A stretch of DNA of 64,000 nucleotides from Eledone cirrhosa (Eukaryota). Made by a program: the position numbers and the translations under genes. Positions 1-13,267 of this stretch are shown here, piece by piece. The stretch is taken from positions 235,848,001 to 235,912,000 of the forward strand of contig OZ024743.1 in NCBI GenBank assembly GCA_964016885.1. The letters are read 5' to 3'. How positions within the stretch are numbered: the stretch's first letter is position 1; each line of letters opens with the position of its first letter. Under the pieces are notes generated by a model. It ran no database searches and was not told the origin of the DNA. It saw only the letters and a program-made list of their open reading frames with translations.

Positions 1-360
1 AAGCAAGTATGCTACATTGGATGTGCAATGTCAATGTGTGTGAACGACCCAGCATAGACGTGTTGAGAGAGAAACTGGGTATAAGAGGGATAAGTTGAGG
101 TGTGCAGGAGAGAAGGCTGAGATGGTATAGACATGTGATGCGCATGGAGGTTGACTGCTGGGTAAAGAAGTGCCAAGAAATCCCAGTAGAAGGAAGACGC
201 AGTAGAGGAAGACGATGAAAAAAATGGGCGGAGGTGGTGAGAACAGACCTCAGATCGCTGAAACTCACGAATGAGATGACGAAGGACCGTGACAAGTGGA
301 GAGATGCAGGGAAAAGCGGATGATGGTGATGGTGGTGGTGGTGATGGTGATGATTATGAT
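1..360 (+). mobile_element. RTE LINE family A, degraded 3' fragment (runs off window start)
   Basis: Translates as ASMLHWMC...REKLGIRGI...ERRLRWY.HVMRME...WAEVVRTDLRSLKL with stops; matches 38390-38770; ends in a degenerate (GAT)n tail. Confidence 0.9.
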
Positions 361-361
361 T

Positions 362-393
<32 letters not shown>

Positions 394-398
394 TATAT

Positions 399-593
399 CA
401 GACCTGTCAACTTTCCCTATCCCACGGCGAGATCTCCCACCCACTTTGGGGTTGGTGAGAGATGCCTTCTCTTGTTAAAATAGGTATAGCTTTCATTATG
501 TAAAATCTCCCCATTTTGTCTCATTTTTCCCTGTTTCCAGACACTTATTTTCATGGTACTCCCCGTTTGGGTTTTTAGAGGTTGGCAGGTCTG
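399..593. mobile_element. Putative hAT-like MITE (~195 bp)
   Basis: CAGACCTGTCAAC (399-411) and GTTGGCAGGTCTG (581-593) form a 12/13 terminal inverted repeat. No TSD is visible; the left flank is (TA)n. Confidence 0.5.
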
Positions 594-820
594 CCATTTC
601 ACAACAAAGGACCTTTATATTAAAATGAATGTTTCCCCTCATACACAGAATTACTTGACTTCCAGTGTAGAAAATAAACAACCAACAGAGATAAATGTTT
701 ATATTTTGAGAGAGGAACATATACAATAGTGTGTGTATAGAGAGAGGAACATATACACACTAGTGTGTATATAGAGAGGGACACATACATACTAGTGTAT
801 ATATAGAGAGAGGAACACTA

Positions 821-868
<48 letters not shown>

Positions 869-874
869 CGACTA

Positions 875-998
875 GAAGGAGCAATGTGAAATAAAGTGTC
901 TTGCTCAAGGACATAACGAATCACCTGATCCAGGAATCAACTCATAACTTCAAGATTGCGAATCCAATTCTCTAACTACTCAGCCACACGCCTTCACA
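875..998 (-). mobile_element. tRNA-derived CORE-like SINE, 5' part
   Basis: GGAGCAATGTGAAATAAAGTGTCTTGCTCAAGG core plus an antisense tRNA-like head, shared with the copies at 3466, 44986 and 59908. Confidence 0.75.
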
Positions 999-1401
<403 letters not shown>

Positions 1402-1600
1402 GGATACACAATACTACTTTATGTATATTTTGTTTATAACAAAATACTTGAAATTTTGTACTTGGCTCCCAGCTACTGGGTTAAGAACCGCTGACTATAT
1501 ATATAGAAATATGTGTGTGCATATATATATATATGTGTATGATTGTGCAGATGTATATATGTGTGTGTGTGTGTGCATATATATATATATATGTGTGTGT

Positions 1601-2007
1601 CATCATCATCATCATTTTACGTCCGCTTTTCCCTGCTTGCAAGGGTGGGACGGGTCTTATTCAGCACAGCATCTCTCCACTCGTCACGGTCCCTCGTCAT
1701 CTCCACCGTGAGCTTCAATGATCTGAGGTCTGTTCTCACCACCTCCGCCCATGTTTTTCGTGGTCTACCTCTACCACGTCTTCCCTCAACTGGCATTTCC
1801 TGGCACTTCTTCACCCATCGGTCATCCTCCATGCGCATCACATGTCCATACCACCTCAGTCTCCTCTCCCGTACACTACATTCTATCCCTCTCAGACACA
1901 GTTTCTCTCTCAACACATTTATGCTGGGTCGTTCACGCACATTTACACTGCACATCCAACGGAGCATGCTTGCCTCATTTCTCTCCAGCCGTCGCATATC
2001 CTCTGCG
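1601..2007 (-). mobile_element. RTE LINE family A, 5'-truncated 3' end
   Basis: ORF 1617-1997 ([15 protein letters not shown]...[12 protein letters not shown]...GRPRKTW) is nearly identical to 38365-38770; (CAT)n tail at the left. Confidence 0.95.
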
Positions 2008-2165
2008 GTGTGTGTATCATATCATATTATTTATGTTCATATACGGTAGAAAAGCATTAGCCAAGGTTTCAAGACCCAAATTTGATGATAGCACCAGAAT
2101 ACAAGAGGCATCAAATTTGTGACCTTTCTCCAGGTGTTTATATGATTTTATCAACACACACACAC

Positions 2166-2657
2166 ATCATCACCGTTTTACGTCTGTTCTTCCACGCTAG
2201 CATCGGTTAGACAGGTTGCCCTGTTGTGGGCAGTGTCCGGTCGGCTGACCTTGTCTTGCTCATACAGGAACTGATTCTGGCTTGATTTCTACAGCTGGAT
2301 GCCCTTCCTAACACCAACCTCATTTACAGTGAGTGCTGGGTGCTTTTGTTCCGTGGGGCCTACACGTCCACTTTACAGTGTGGGCTGGGTGCTTTTTTGC
2401 AGTGGCACCTCCACGACCACTTTTCAGTGGGAGGGGTGGGGGCATATTGTCTATATGTTTCAGCTTTGGCTTGTACCCTTGGGGGGTCGGGTCTTCTGTA
2501 TTACTGTGTGACACCAGAGGTCACGGTCGTGTGTCATCGCCCTTGAGAGGTGTAATTGGTTAAGGTCGGCTTTTATCACCTCATCCCAGGTCTCCCCACT
2601 CCGCGGCTTCCATCGACTTCTAGTGCTCTGCACCTTTTTAAACAGCTGTCATCTTTC
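2166..2657 (-). mobile_element. RTE LINE family C, 3' end and 3' UTR
   Basis: Reverse complement matches 48310-48810 (KRCRALEVDGSRGVGR...WDEVIKADL plus UTR); (CAT)n tail. Confidence 0.9.
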
Positions 2658-2674
2658 CATACATTATATATTCT

Positions 2675-2950
2675 AGGTGCCCGTCACTAATGGCTATGGA
2701 TTAACACCTAGAAAGCAGTCACTCCTGTATACCAGTCTCTCCCCACCACTGATGTTGTCCAAGGGAAAGGCAATGACTGATACAGCTTGGCACCAGTGAC
2801 GTCACAACACATTTCTATAGCTGACTGAACTGGAGCAATGTGAAATAAAGTGTCTTGCTCAAGGACACAACACACAGCCCGGTCCGAGAATTGAACTCAC
2901 AACCTTTCGATTGCACACCCAAAGCTCTAACCACTTGGCCATGCACCTTC
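2675..2950 (-). mobile_element. tRNA-derived CORE-like SINE with RTE-related body
   Basis: Antisense tRNA-like head and CORE-like block, plus body GATGTTGTCCAAGGGAAAGGCAATG...CAGCTTGGCACCAGTGACGTC shared with 6633-6828 and 20440-20655. Confidence 0.8.
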
Positions 2951-2959
2951 TCTCTCTCA

Positions 2960-3297
2960 CACATATGTATCTATGTGTGTGTACCTGTATGTATCAGTAT
3001 GTGTCTATATGTCTGTGTGTGTGTGTGTCTCTCTGTAAATATGTATATCTATATGTCTATGTGTTTCCCTGTAAATATGTATGTGTCTATATGTCTGTAT
3101 GAAAGTGTGTGTGTCTCCCTGTAAATATGTATGCGTCTATGTGTCTCTATGTGTTTCCCTGTAAATATGTATGTGTCTATATGTCTGTATGAAAGTGTGT
3201 GTGTGTGTGTCTCCCTGTAAATATGTATGTGTCTATATGTGTGTGTGTCCCTGTAAATATGTATGTGTCTATGTCTGTATGAAAGTGTATGTGTGTC
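2960..3297. repeat. Degenerate GT-rich minisatellite (CCCTGTAAATATGTATGTGTCTAT units)
   Basis: The unit recurs about 6 times. Confidence 0.8.
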
Positions 3298-3465
3298 CAG
3301 AACATAAAAGCTAGTGACTCTGTATCAACCCAGAAGGGGCCATCAGCAGGATTTGAACTCAGAATGTAAAGAGTCCCAATAAATAACAATGGCAGGCAGT
3401 TTAGTAATTAGTCCACTCTACACCGTCATCTCAGTATTTAGTCCACTGTTCACACTTTCATAAAT

Positions 3466-3852
3466 GGAGGCACATGGCTTAGTGGTTAGAACATTGGCCT
3501 TGCAATCGAAAGGTTGTGAGTTCAATTCTCAGACCGGGTGATGTGTTGTTTCCTTGAGCAAGACACTTTATTTCACATTGCTCCAGTTCACTCAGCTGTA
3601 GAAATGAGATGATAGGAACTGGGGTCCCTATCATTCCACTGCAAAATGGTCGTGGAGGTGCCACGGCAAAAAAGCACCCAGCCCACACTGTAAAATGGTC
3701 GTGTAGGTGCCACGGCAAAAAAAGCACCCAGTACTCACTGTAAATGAGGTTGGTGTTAGGAAGGGCATCCAGCTGTAGAAATCAAGCCAGAATCAGTTCC
3801 TGTCCCACTCTTGCAAGCAGGGAAAAGCGGACGTAAAATGATGATGATGATG
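3466..3852 (+). mobile_element. Full-length CORE-like SINE with RTE-derived 3' tail (family A terminus)
   Basis: A box TGGCTTAGTGG, B box GTTCAATTC, CORE-like TCCTTGAGCAAGACACTT, then a family C UTR segment, then CTTGCAAGCAGGGAAAAGCGGACGTAAAA(TGA)n. Confidence 0.9.
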
Positions 3853-4277
3853 TTCCACCGTCATCTCAGTATTTAGTCCACTGTTCCACCGTCATCTACC
3901 AGTCTATTAATAGATTTATTGATCTTCTGTACATTGTTGTTTAGTACTGTCTGTGTGTACATACATATGGAGAGGGAGGGACAGGGAGGAACATAGAGAG
4001 AGTATGTGTATGAAGAGAGAGAAAGAGAGAATGTGTATACTGGGGGGGGGGGGGCACTGTCATTCAATACATCTGATGAGGTTCTCTAATTAAATGAAGA
4101 TGTAAAACGATGAAACATGTTAATGATATATATACATATACACATATATATATGTATATATAGTGGTTTTGGCTGAACACACAAGCCAAAACTGCCTGGC
4201 ACCAGGGTTGGGATTTTACATATCTCTCTACCCACTCTATATCTCCACTTGTATTGAGTACTTCCAGGATTAGTGGT

Positions 4278-4496
4278 CTCCCTCTCTCTCTCTCACTATC
4301 TTCCTATCTCTCTCTCACACTACCCACCTCTCTCTCTCTCTCTCACACTATCTACCTCTCTCTATCTCTCTATCTACCTACCTCTCTCTCTCACACTATC
4401 TACCTCTCTATCTATCTCCCTATATACCTACCTCTCTCTCTCTCACACACTATCTACCTCTCTCCCTATCTACCTACCTCTCACACTATCTCCCTA

Positions 4497-4534
<38 letters not shown>

Positions 4535-4535
4535 G
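4278..4535. repeat. CT-rich low-complexity tract ending in (TA)n
   Basis: Visible. Confidence 0.9.
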
Positions 4536-4680
4536 ACAGTAGTTCTGATTAGATAATGATTTGGTTTGTGATGACTCGTGCAACACCTGCCAACATGGAA
4601 GACAGGCAATAATGATGATGATATAATACTAGTTTACACTAACTGGAATACAGTTATGATATCTTGATAGAGGTTTTAGT

Positions 4681-4840
4681 TTAAAGGTGTAGAGCGTTCA
4701 AAGTTGATGGAAGCTATGGAGTAGGAAGACCTAGGAAGACTAGTGATGAGGTAATAAAAGCTGACCTTGCACAATTGCACCTCTCTAAGTTGATGACACA
4801 GGAGCAACATCTCTGGTGTTATGCAGTAATACAGAAGAGC
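4681..4840 (+). mobile_element. Old RTE family C-like 3' ORF fragment
   Basis: Encodes RCRAFKVDGSYGVGRPRKT.DEVIKADLAQLHLSK, homologous to ORF 48226-48510. Confidence 0.8.
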
Positions 4841-5833
4841 TACCTTCTGTATTACTGCACGGGTTGAGGCATCCATCTAGTATGCACCACCTTCCATACA
4901 CCTCCCACTACAGTAGTATGAACAGTCTCAGGTGAGTTTATATTAAAAGACAGTAGACATTGTCCGGAAATTTAGAAAACTCCAAACTTCATCACATATT
5001 TTTACTGATCAACCAACCAAAACACATTATTTTTGCTGCACAGACTAATGGCTAATTTGACTTTCATTGGATAAAAGAAGGTAGGACTCACCTTAATTCA
5101 CTCATCTGGCAATGTACCAAGAAAATGGGATACAGAATCAACACTGCACCCTTGCACACATTAAGGGGTGGGGTGTATCCAAGGGAATCATGGCTGGGGA
5201 ACCAGAAGAAAAAAATATTGGTAGAAGCAATAAAACTGAAATTCTGCAAAGATTCTAATTAGAAAATTCTATTTTCTAGTTTGATGGAAGGTTGCTTAGA
5301 TCTCATCCTAGCCCCACTGTTTGTTAAATAACACCTATGGTGTACACCATTCTAGTTATTCCAGCTATGTCTATGAGAATATGTGATCTTTCTTTCCATT
5401 CTTCAGAGAAATAACTATAATAATATTAATGGGAGTAAAGACACTCATTTACAGAGTGTATATAGTCTATAAATCCCACTACTTCATAGCCACCTCATAC
5501 CACCTTACTTCCATAATAAACAACAGTTCACATTTTTCTGAATTCTTCAATAGAAATTCATTAATCACTTTGCTTTTTACCACTATTTTCTCACCTCAGC
5601 AAGACATACATCAACTCATAACATTTCTAAAAATGGGTTTGTTTTGTTAATTCAAAATAGTAAAAAAAACTCTCAGAAGAGCTGGACAGCAGAAGGTCTC
5701 CAGAGAAGAATCTGTGAGGAGAGCTGGATAGCAGAAGGTCTTCAAAGAAGAAACGCCAGCCTTTAAATATTTAGTGTCTTTACTAACAAACAGATTGTTG
5801 TGAAAATTTGCAGGATTAGTGTTGTTTATTTAA

Positions 5834-6035
5834 CCCTTTAGCATTTACTCTCTATATATTATTATATTTTAGAGGTAAAGGATTATCTCATATAATATTG
5901 AATCTATGAGATTTTGATATTATTTATTTTGAGAGCAATACCTTAACATAAGTACGAGTGGCTAGTTATAACCAGTTTAAACAGAAGGAGGTGAGAGAAT
6001 TCTTGCCAGATACGGCCGGTTTAAATGCTAAAGGG
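5834..6035. mobile_element. piggyBac-type MITE (~200 bp)
   Basis: Perfect 14-bp TIR CCCTTTAGCATTTA / TAAATGCTAAAGGG, flanked by TTAA on both sides. Confidence 0.9.
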
Positions 6036-6344
6036 TTAATGTGATACAATCATTGTATTGTTTTGTAGTTTTTAAGAATAAAAGAAGTTAAGTGCTACCT
6101 TAGTTTTAAGTAAACTCCTCATAGCTAGACCTTATCCAATGGGCCGTGTTCACATGTCTTCCCCACAGCTATTAGAGAAGTTTTAGCACAGAATTCAGTT
6201 CCAACTGAGAGAATTGAGCTATTCTCACTTCAGCTGATGTTTTTCTCACAAGAAAGCCTCTACATAGTTTCTCAGTCTGCTTTGAATAGCAGCCAAAACT
6301 TTGTAAGATATAAAGCTAAGATGCAAATTTTATATCTAAATATG

Positions 6345-6625
6345 CTGGTGCCAAGATGAAATACACACACTACACTCTGTAAAGTGTTAGTGATGGTGCC
6401 ACAATAAAATGCACCTAATATACTTTATAAAGTGGTAGGGGTGGCGTCATGATCAAATGCACCTAGTACACTCTGTGAAGTGGCTGGAATTAAAAAGGGC
6501 ATCCAGATGTAGAAACCATGCCAAAAATGCAATGTTTGAGTAAGATGTTCTCTGACCACATTTAGTTTTGAACCTTGACAACCAGTTCAAGCCAGCAGGG
6601 AAAGTGGACATAAAACAACGATCGT
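6345..6625 (+). mobile_element. Degraded RTE/SINE 3' UTR with three ~48-bp internal repeats
   Basis: GGTGCCAC...CAC..TACACTCTGTAAAG repeats followed by AAGGGCATCCAG...GGACATAAAAC. Confidence 0.65.
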
Positions 6626-6632
6626 GTAATAT

Positions 6633-6828
6633 AGACTCCCTTCGGTCAGAAATGACTAGGGTTTGCACCTAGAAAGTTCTCCTTCTGAGGCAAAAGCCTG
6701 GGTAAGGTGTGTTTGTGGAAGACCAGCAGTCGCCGAAACATTCCAGTTCCTCCTCTCCACACTACCGATGTTGTCCAGGGGGAAGGCAATGGCCTATACA
6801 GCTTGGCACCATTGACATCACAACTACA
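6633..6828 (-). mobile_element. SINE 3' part (RTE-related body)
   Basis: Homologous to 2700-2810. Confidence 0.7.
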
Positions 6829-6837
6829 TATACCTAT

Positions 6838-6883
6838 ATCATCATCATCGTTTAACGTCTATCTTCCACGCTAGCATGGGTTT
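6838..6883 (-). mobile_element. Very short RTE-type 3' tail
   Basis: (ATC)n GTTTAACGTC..TTCCACGCTAGCATGGGTTT. Confidence 0.8.
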
Positions 6884-8768
6884 ATATATATATATATGTG
6901 TATATACATATATAGATATGTATATATATATAGATATGTATATATATATATAGATATGTATATATATATAAATATGTATATATATATAAATATGTATATA
7001 TATATAAATATGTATATATATATAGATATGTATATATATATAGATATGTATATATATATAGATATGTATATATATATAGATATGTATATATATATATAGA
7101 TATGTATATATATATAGGATATGTATATATATATAGGATATGTATATATATATAGGATATGTATATATATATAGGATATGTATATATATATATATAGGAT
7201 ATGTATATATATATATATAGGATATGTATATATATATATATAGGATATGTATATATATATAGAATATGTATATATATATATAGGATATGTATATATATAT
7301 ATAGGATATGTATATATATATATAGGATATGTATATATATATATAGGATATGTATATATATATATAGGATATGTATATATATATATAGGATATGTATATA
7401 TATATATAGGATATGTATATATATATATAGGATATGTATATATATATATAGGATATGTATATATATATAGGATATGTATATATATATAGGATATGTATAT
7501 ATATATAGGATATGTATATATATATAGATATGTATATATATATAGATATGTATATATATATAGATATGTATATATATATAGATATGTATATATATATATA
7601 GATATGTATATATATCTATATAGATATGTATATATATATAGATATGTATATATATATAGATATGTATATATATATATAGATATGTATATATATCTATATA
7701 TATATATATATAGATATGTATATATATATAGATATGTATATATATATAGATATGTATATATATATAGATATGTATATATATATAGATATGTATATATATA
7801 TAGATATGTATATATATATAGATATGTATATAGATATGTATATATATATATATATATATAGATATGCATATATATAGATATGCATATATATAGATATGCA
7901 TATATATAGATATGTATATATATAGATATGTATATATATAGATATGTATATATATAGATATGTATATATATAGATATGTATATATATAGATATGTATATA
8001 TATAGGTATATATATATATAGGTATATATATATATCTATATCTATATACATATCCTATATCTATATACATATCCTATATCTATATACATATCCTATATCT
8101 ATATACATATCCTATATCTATATACATATCCTATATCTATATACATATCCTATATCTATATATATATCCTATATCTATATATATATCCTATATCTATATA
8201 TATATCCTATATCTATATATATATCCTATATCTATATATATATCCTATATCTATATATATATCCTATATCTATATACATATCCTATATCTATATACATAT
8301 CCTATATCTATATACATATCTATATATATATATACATATCTATATATATATACATATCTATATATATATACATATCTATATATACATATACATATCTATA
8401 TATATATATACATATCTATATATATATATATATATCTATATATATATATCTATATATATATATCTATATCTATATATCTATATATATATCTATATATATA
8501 TCTATATCTATATCTATATCTATATATATATCTATATATATATCTATATATATATCTATATATATATCTATATATATATCTATATATATATCTATATATA
8601 TATCTATATATATATCTATATATCTATATATCTATATATATATCTATATATCTATATATATATCTATATATATATATATATATCTATATATATATATATC
8701 TATATATATATATATCTATATATATATATATCTATATATCTATATCTATATATCTATATATATATCTA
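6884..8768. repeat. 1.9-kb complex (TA)n-derived array
   Basis: TATAGATATG and TATAGGATATG units switch near 8040 to reverse-complement units (CATATCCTATA, TATCTA). Confidence 0.97.
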
Positions 8769-11001
8769 TGGAGAATTCCCTGTACTGTGACCAAGGGCGT
8801 AGTCACGCTAGTGAGGAAGGACGAGAACAAGGGGGACGAAATAAGTAACTTCAGGCCCATAACACTGCTAAATACAGAGTTACAGATTTTGGCCAAGGTG
8901 CTAGCAAAGAGGTTGGCGCTTGTCGTGGGCAACCTGGTGGGAGATGCGCAGACATGCGCTATCCCGTCCAGGTCCATCCATGACAACCTCCACCTCATGC
9001 GATACATCATAGAGAGGGTTGGGAACGAACCCGGCTTTGGTGGGGCTCTGATCAACTTGGATCAATCTAAGGCGTTCGATAGGGTCGACCATGGTTACCT
9101 GGATGCGGTGCTAGCGGCGGCAGGCTTCGGACCCGTTTTCAGGGGCTGGATCACTGCTATGCACAGCAGCCGCATCTGCTCTAGGGTCAAGGTGAACGGC
9201 TACCTCTCGGAGCCGTTCAAAATCGCGCGGTCCATCCGACAAGGGTGCCCTCTCTCCTCCCTTCTGTATGTGTTGACTCTCGAGCCACTACTGCGGAAGT
9301 TGGAGTTGTTGCAGGGCATCCCTTTGGAACCGGGATTGCGGAAAGCGGTGTCGGCCTACACCGACGACGTAACAGTAATGGTGTCGACGGCCTCGGAAAT
9401 CGAGGCGGTCGGCACCTTACTGGAGGAGTACGAAAAGTTCACAGGGGCTAAGCTGAACCGGGACAAGTCGATCGGTTTGCAACTCGGCACGTGGAGGGGC
9501 AGACCGATGCCCTCCGATGGCGTCGTCGGACGCTGGACGGAGGGCCCGGTGAAGTTGCTCGGGGTCTGGTTCGGACCGGACCTCCAGGTGGAGAAAAACT
9601 GGGCGGAGGTTACGAACAGGGTGTTTGCACTGACCCAGAAGTGGGCCAGTTGCAAACTATCCCTGAAAGGTCGGGCGGAGGTGGCGAACACCTACATAGC
9701 GTCCGTCATCTACTACCGCCTGACCGTAGTGCCCTGCCCAAGGGAAACGCTCACCAAGATGGAGCGCGCGCTCTTCCAATTCCTTTGGAAGAGGCGGGCT
9801 CCTATGGTGAGGAGATCCATCTGCTGTCAACACCCTTCGAAAGGAGGGCTGGGGATGCCGTGGCTAATGATGCGTAAACACGCATTAAGGCTACGGCACC
9901 TCTACGTATTCCTCACCGGACAACCGGTGTGGGCCTCGTTTGTGAGACGAACCTTTCCCAGACTCGTCTCACTCACCGAGCTGCAATCCTGGGTCAAGCA
10001 AAGACCGAGAAAACTGGGCGCCTGGCACACTGAGTGTGCCCAGGCGCTCACCGCCCTCTGGCAGGCGGATCCGGTTATCAGTGGAGACTCCACCGCAACA
10101 TTCTATAGAGGGCTGGTGCGCAGCAGGTGCGACGACGCCCTCGGAGAAGCCCTAGACATGGAGGAGGACGAACTGGCCAGCCTGTTCGGTAGGACATTCA
10201 GCCCGGGACCTATGGACAACTTCCAGAAGTCCCTGGCCTGGCAGTGCTACCGAGGGGCTTTACCCGTTCGAGAAAGGCTCTACAGACACGGGCGCCCGGG
10301 TAGGGACCCCGCCAAAAAGATCTGTCCCAGATGCGTGTGCGACGAGGAAACCGTTGCACACGCATTAGTACACTGCTCGGGCGTAGCCGATCTGTGGGGC
10401 TATGTCGAACAACTGCTGTCAAGGGTGGGACCGATCCGGTTGACCACCGAGTCTATTGTAATGATCAAGCCGCCTCCCCCCTTCAAAGATGAAGCAGAGG
10501 CGGTGTTTCTGTGCGTAATAGCCATGGCGAAAGAGGTTGTATGGTGGACGCGTCTGAAAGGACTGAGGTCGGGCACCTTTCTCTCTGGCCAACAACTGGT
10601 CCGTTTCTTCCGATATCATTTCGGAAGAAGGATCAGGATGGAGAGAGAGGTGCTGCACCCCAGCCGTTTCTATGAAAGATGGGTGAAAGTGGCGAGAATG
10701 GCCCGTGTGAATGGGCCTTCACTCTACATCAGACTATAGGTGAGGAAGATGAAAGACCAAGGGAGCACCCCTTCTCTGTGCTCCTGAGGAGAAGGGTTGC
10801 ACACTTTTTTCGGGGGTGTGTGCGACCCCCCAAGGCGCCTCCTCTCTATTGAGGATTTTGTTAAAAATTTTATTTTTTGTTATATCTTATTTTATTTTTA
10901 GATTTTGTTATTGCCTCCTCCTTATTGAGGACGCCTTTTTGTGTAAACTCCCCCCTTTGTACTTGTCCCACTTTTGATGCCCTAGTGGCAAATAAAAGAA
11001 A
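8769..11001 (+). mobile_element. Tx1/L1-clade LINE, 5'-truncated
   Basis: Uninterrupted RT ORF, then a ~260-bp 3' UTR ending AATAAAAGAAA; (TA)n arrays on both sides. Confidence 0.93.
8787..10739 (+). CDS. Tx1-type ORF2 fragment: reverse transcriptase plus C-terminal CCHC zinc knuckle (endonuclease lost)
   Basis: [59 protein letters not shown]. Confidence 0.92.
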   Translation: MTKGVVTLVRKDENKGDEISNFRPITLLNTELQILAKVLAKRLALVVGNLVGDAQTCAIPSRSIHDNLHLMRYIIERVGNEPGFGGALINLDQSKAFDRVDHGYLDAVLAAAGFGPVFRGWITAMHSSRICSRVKVNGYLSEPFKIARSIRQGCPLSSLLYVLTLEPLLRKLELLQGIPLEPGLRKAVSAYTDDVTVMVSTASEIEAVGTLLEEYEKFTGAKLNRDKSIGLQLGTWRGRPMPSDGVVGRWTEGPVKLLGVWFGPDLQVEKNWAEVTNRVFALTQKWASCKLSLKGRAEVANTYIASVIYYRLTVVPCPRETLTKMERALFQFLWKRRAPMVRRSICCQHPSKGGLGMPWLMMRKHALRLRHLYVFLTGQPVWASFVRRTFPRLVSLTELQSWVKQRPRKLGAWHTECAQALTALWQADPVISGDSTATFYRGLVRSRCDDALGEALDMEEDELASLFGRTFSPGPMDNFQKSLAWQCYRGALPVRERLYRHGRPGRDPAKKICPRCVCDEETVAHALVHCSGVADLWGYVEQLLSRVGPIRLTTESIVMIKPPPPFKDEAEAVFLCVIAMAKEVVWWTRLKGLRSGTFLSGQQLVRFFRYHFGRRIRMEREVLHPSRFYERWVKVARMARVNGPSLYIRL

Positions 11002-11028
11002 TATATATATCTATATATCTATATATCT

Positions 11029-11670
11029 ACGCATTAGTACACTGCTCGGGCGTAGCCGATCTGTGGGGCTATGTCGAACAACTGCTGTCAAGGGTGGGAC
11101 CGATCCGGTTGACCACCGAGTCTATTGTAATGATCAAGCCGCCTCCCCCCTTCAAAGATGAAGCAGAGGCGGTGTTTCTGTGCGTAATAGCCATGGCGAA
11201 AGAGGTTGTATGGTGGACGCGTCTGAAAGGACTGAGGTCGGGCACCTTTCTCTCTGGCCAACAACTGGTCCGTTTCTTCCGATATCATTTCGGAAGAAGG
11301 ATCAGGATGGAGAGAGAGGTGCTGCACCCCAGCCGTTTCTATGAAAGATGGGTGAAAGTGGCGAGAATGGCCCGTGTGAATGGGCCTTCACTCTACATCA
11401 GACTATAGGTGAGGAAGATGAAAGACCAAGGGAGCACCCCTTCTCTGTGCTCCTGAGGAGAAGGGTTGCACACTTTTTTCGGGGGTGTGTGCGACCCCCC
11501 AAGGCGCCTCCTCTCTATTGAGGATTTTGTTAAAAATTTTATTTTTTGTTATATCTTATTTTATTTTTATATTTTGTTATTGCCTCCTCCTTATTGAGGA
11601 CGCCTTTTTGTGTAAACTCCCCCCTTTGTACTTGTCCCACTTTTGATGCCCTAGTGGCAAATAAAAGAAA
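11029..11670 (+). mobile_element. Second, shorter Tx1 3' copy
   Basis: Copy of 10360-11001; only one substitution seen by eye; separated from the first by ~27 bp of TA/TCTA. Confidence 0.95.
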
Positions 11671-11671
11671 C

Positions 11672-11682
11672 TTATATATCTA

Positions 11683-11721
<39 letters not shown>

Positions 11722-12000
11722 ATATCTATATATATATATATATATCTATATCTATATATATATATATATATATATATCTATATCTATATATATATATATA
11801 TATATATATCTATATCTATATATATCTATATCTATATATATATATATCTATATATATATATCTATATATATATATATATCTATATATATATATCTATATA
11901 TATATATCTATATATATATATATATCTATATATATATATCTATATATATATATCTATATATATATATCTATATATATATATCTATATATATATATATCTA
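11672..12000. repeat. (TA)n/TATC array
   Basis: Visible. Confidence 0.95.
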
Positions 12001-13267
12001 TCATCATCATCATCATCAGCGTTTAACGTCCGTGTTCCACGCTTGCATGGGTTTGGACGGGGGTAGTCCCACTTGAGGCAAGAGTGATTGTCTTGCTCGC
12101 ATAGGACTGTCTGGCAGGTTTTCTACAGTTGGATGCCCTTCCTAACACCAACCACATTTACAGTGTGGGTCTGGGAGGTTTTTACCGTGTTGCCTACACG
12201 GCCACATTACAGCGTGGACTGTGTGTTTTTTTGTCGTGACACCTACACGATCTCATTTGTTTCGGCCTCGATGGCGCGGCACCAACATAACTTTACATAG
12301 AACGGGGTGGTGTGGATCGGGTGGGGGTGGTGGGACGGGGTGTATTTGTTAGAGATGCCTACTGGCTGGAGTAGGTTTTACTATATATTTAGGTAAGGCG
12401 GGTCTTCTCTGTTACTGAGTACCGCCAAAGGTCTCGGTCCAGTGACATTGTCTTGGAGAGGTGTAAGTGTGTGATGTCGGAGTTTATCAGCTCGTCCCAG
12501 GTTTTTCTAGGTCTGCCTATTCCGTGACTACCGTCTATCTTTATTGCCCTGCACTTTGTTATACAGCTATCGACTTTCATGCGCATCACGTGTCCATACC
12601 AACGTAGCCTTCTCTCGAGTAAACAACATCTGATCCCTCTTATCTCTAATTTATTCCTTAGTTCGTTTATGCTTTGCCGTTCACGTATATTACTGTTACA
12701 CATCCAGCGGAGCATGCAAGCTTCGTTCCTCTCTAGTCTGCGTATATCCTCTGCACACAATGCCCAGGTCTCACTGCCATGCAGCATTGCTGTTCGTATG
12801 CAGGCATCGTACAACCTGCCTTTCATTTTTAGTGAGAACCCTTTAGCAGCTAATAGTGGTATAAGCTCTCTGAACTTTTTCCAACCAGTTCTGACTCTAG
12901 CTACAGTACTTTCAGAGCACCCTCCCCCACTGCTGATTTTATCGCCCAGGTAACGGAAGCTGTCCACTATTTCTATAGAACCCTCTGCGCAATTGAAAGA
13001 GCTAGTAGTTTGTGGGCACTTGCTGCTACTTATTGCACCAGAGCACCGGCCACATGTAAAATCTATGTTCTTAGTTAGCCTACCTGTGATCCCACTACAT
13101 CTTTTATGCACCCATACTTTGCATTTAGGACATAAAATGGAGTTTCTACCTACGCCTTTCCTACACACCGAGCACGACCATTTCCCAGAAGGGACCGCCG
13201 CCTTGTTTTCTTTCCTACAAACTAGTACTTTGGTCTTAGCCAGGTTAATTTTAAGTCCTTTTGACTC
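12001..13267 (-). mobile_element. RTE LINE family B, 5'-truncated
   Basis: ORF 12389-13168 (PHD-like finger, [22 protein letters not shown]), ~390-bp 3' UTR and (CAT)n tail. Confidence 0.95.

Noticed and set aside
3466-3540. tRNA gene
   Set aside because: The A and B boxes belong to a SINE head, and no full cloverleaf is evident.
4060-4130. CTGATGA...GAAACATGT hammerhead-like motif
   Set aside because: No convincing helix II or adjacent helix I; at most a highly decayed relic.
8787-10739. Bacterial contamination or a host gene, suggested by high GC
   Set aside because: It has clear non-LTR RT motifs and a polyA signal, and an older relative lies in the same window.
10784-10830. CTGAGGA in the Tx1 3' UTR as a hammerhead core
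   Set aside because: No GAAA follows the stem.
12304-12340. G-quadruplex-like run in the family B UTR (also at 40323 and 43125)
   Set aside because: It is antisense to the element RNA, variable among copies and reduced in the 18066 copy; no evidence of function.
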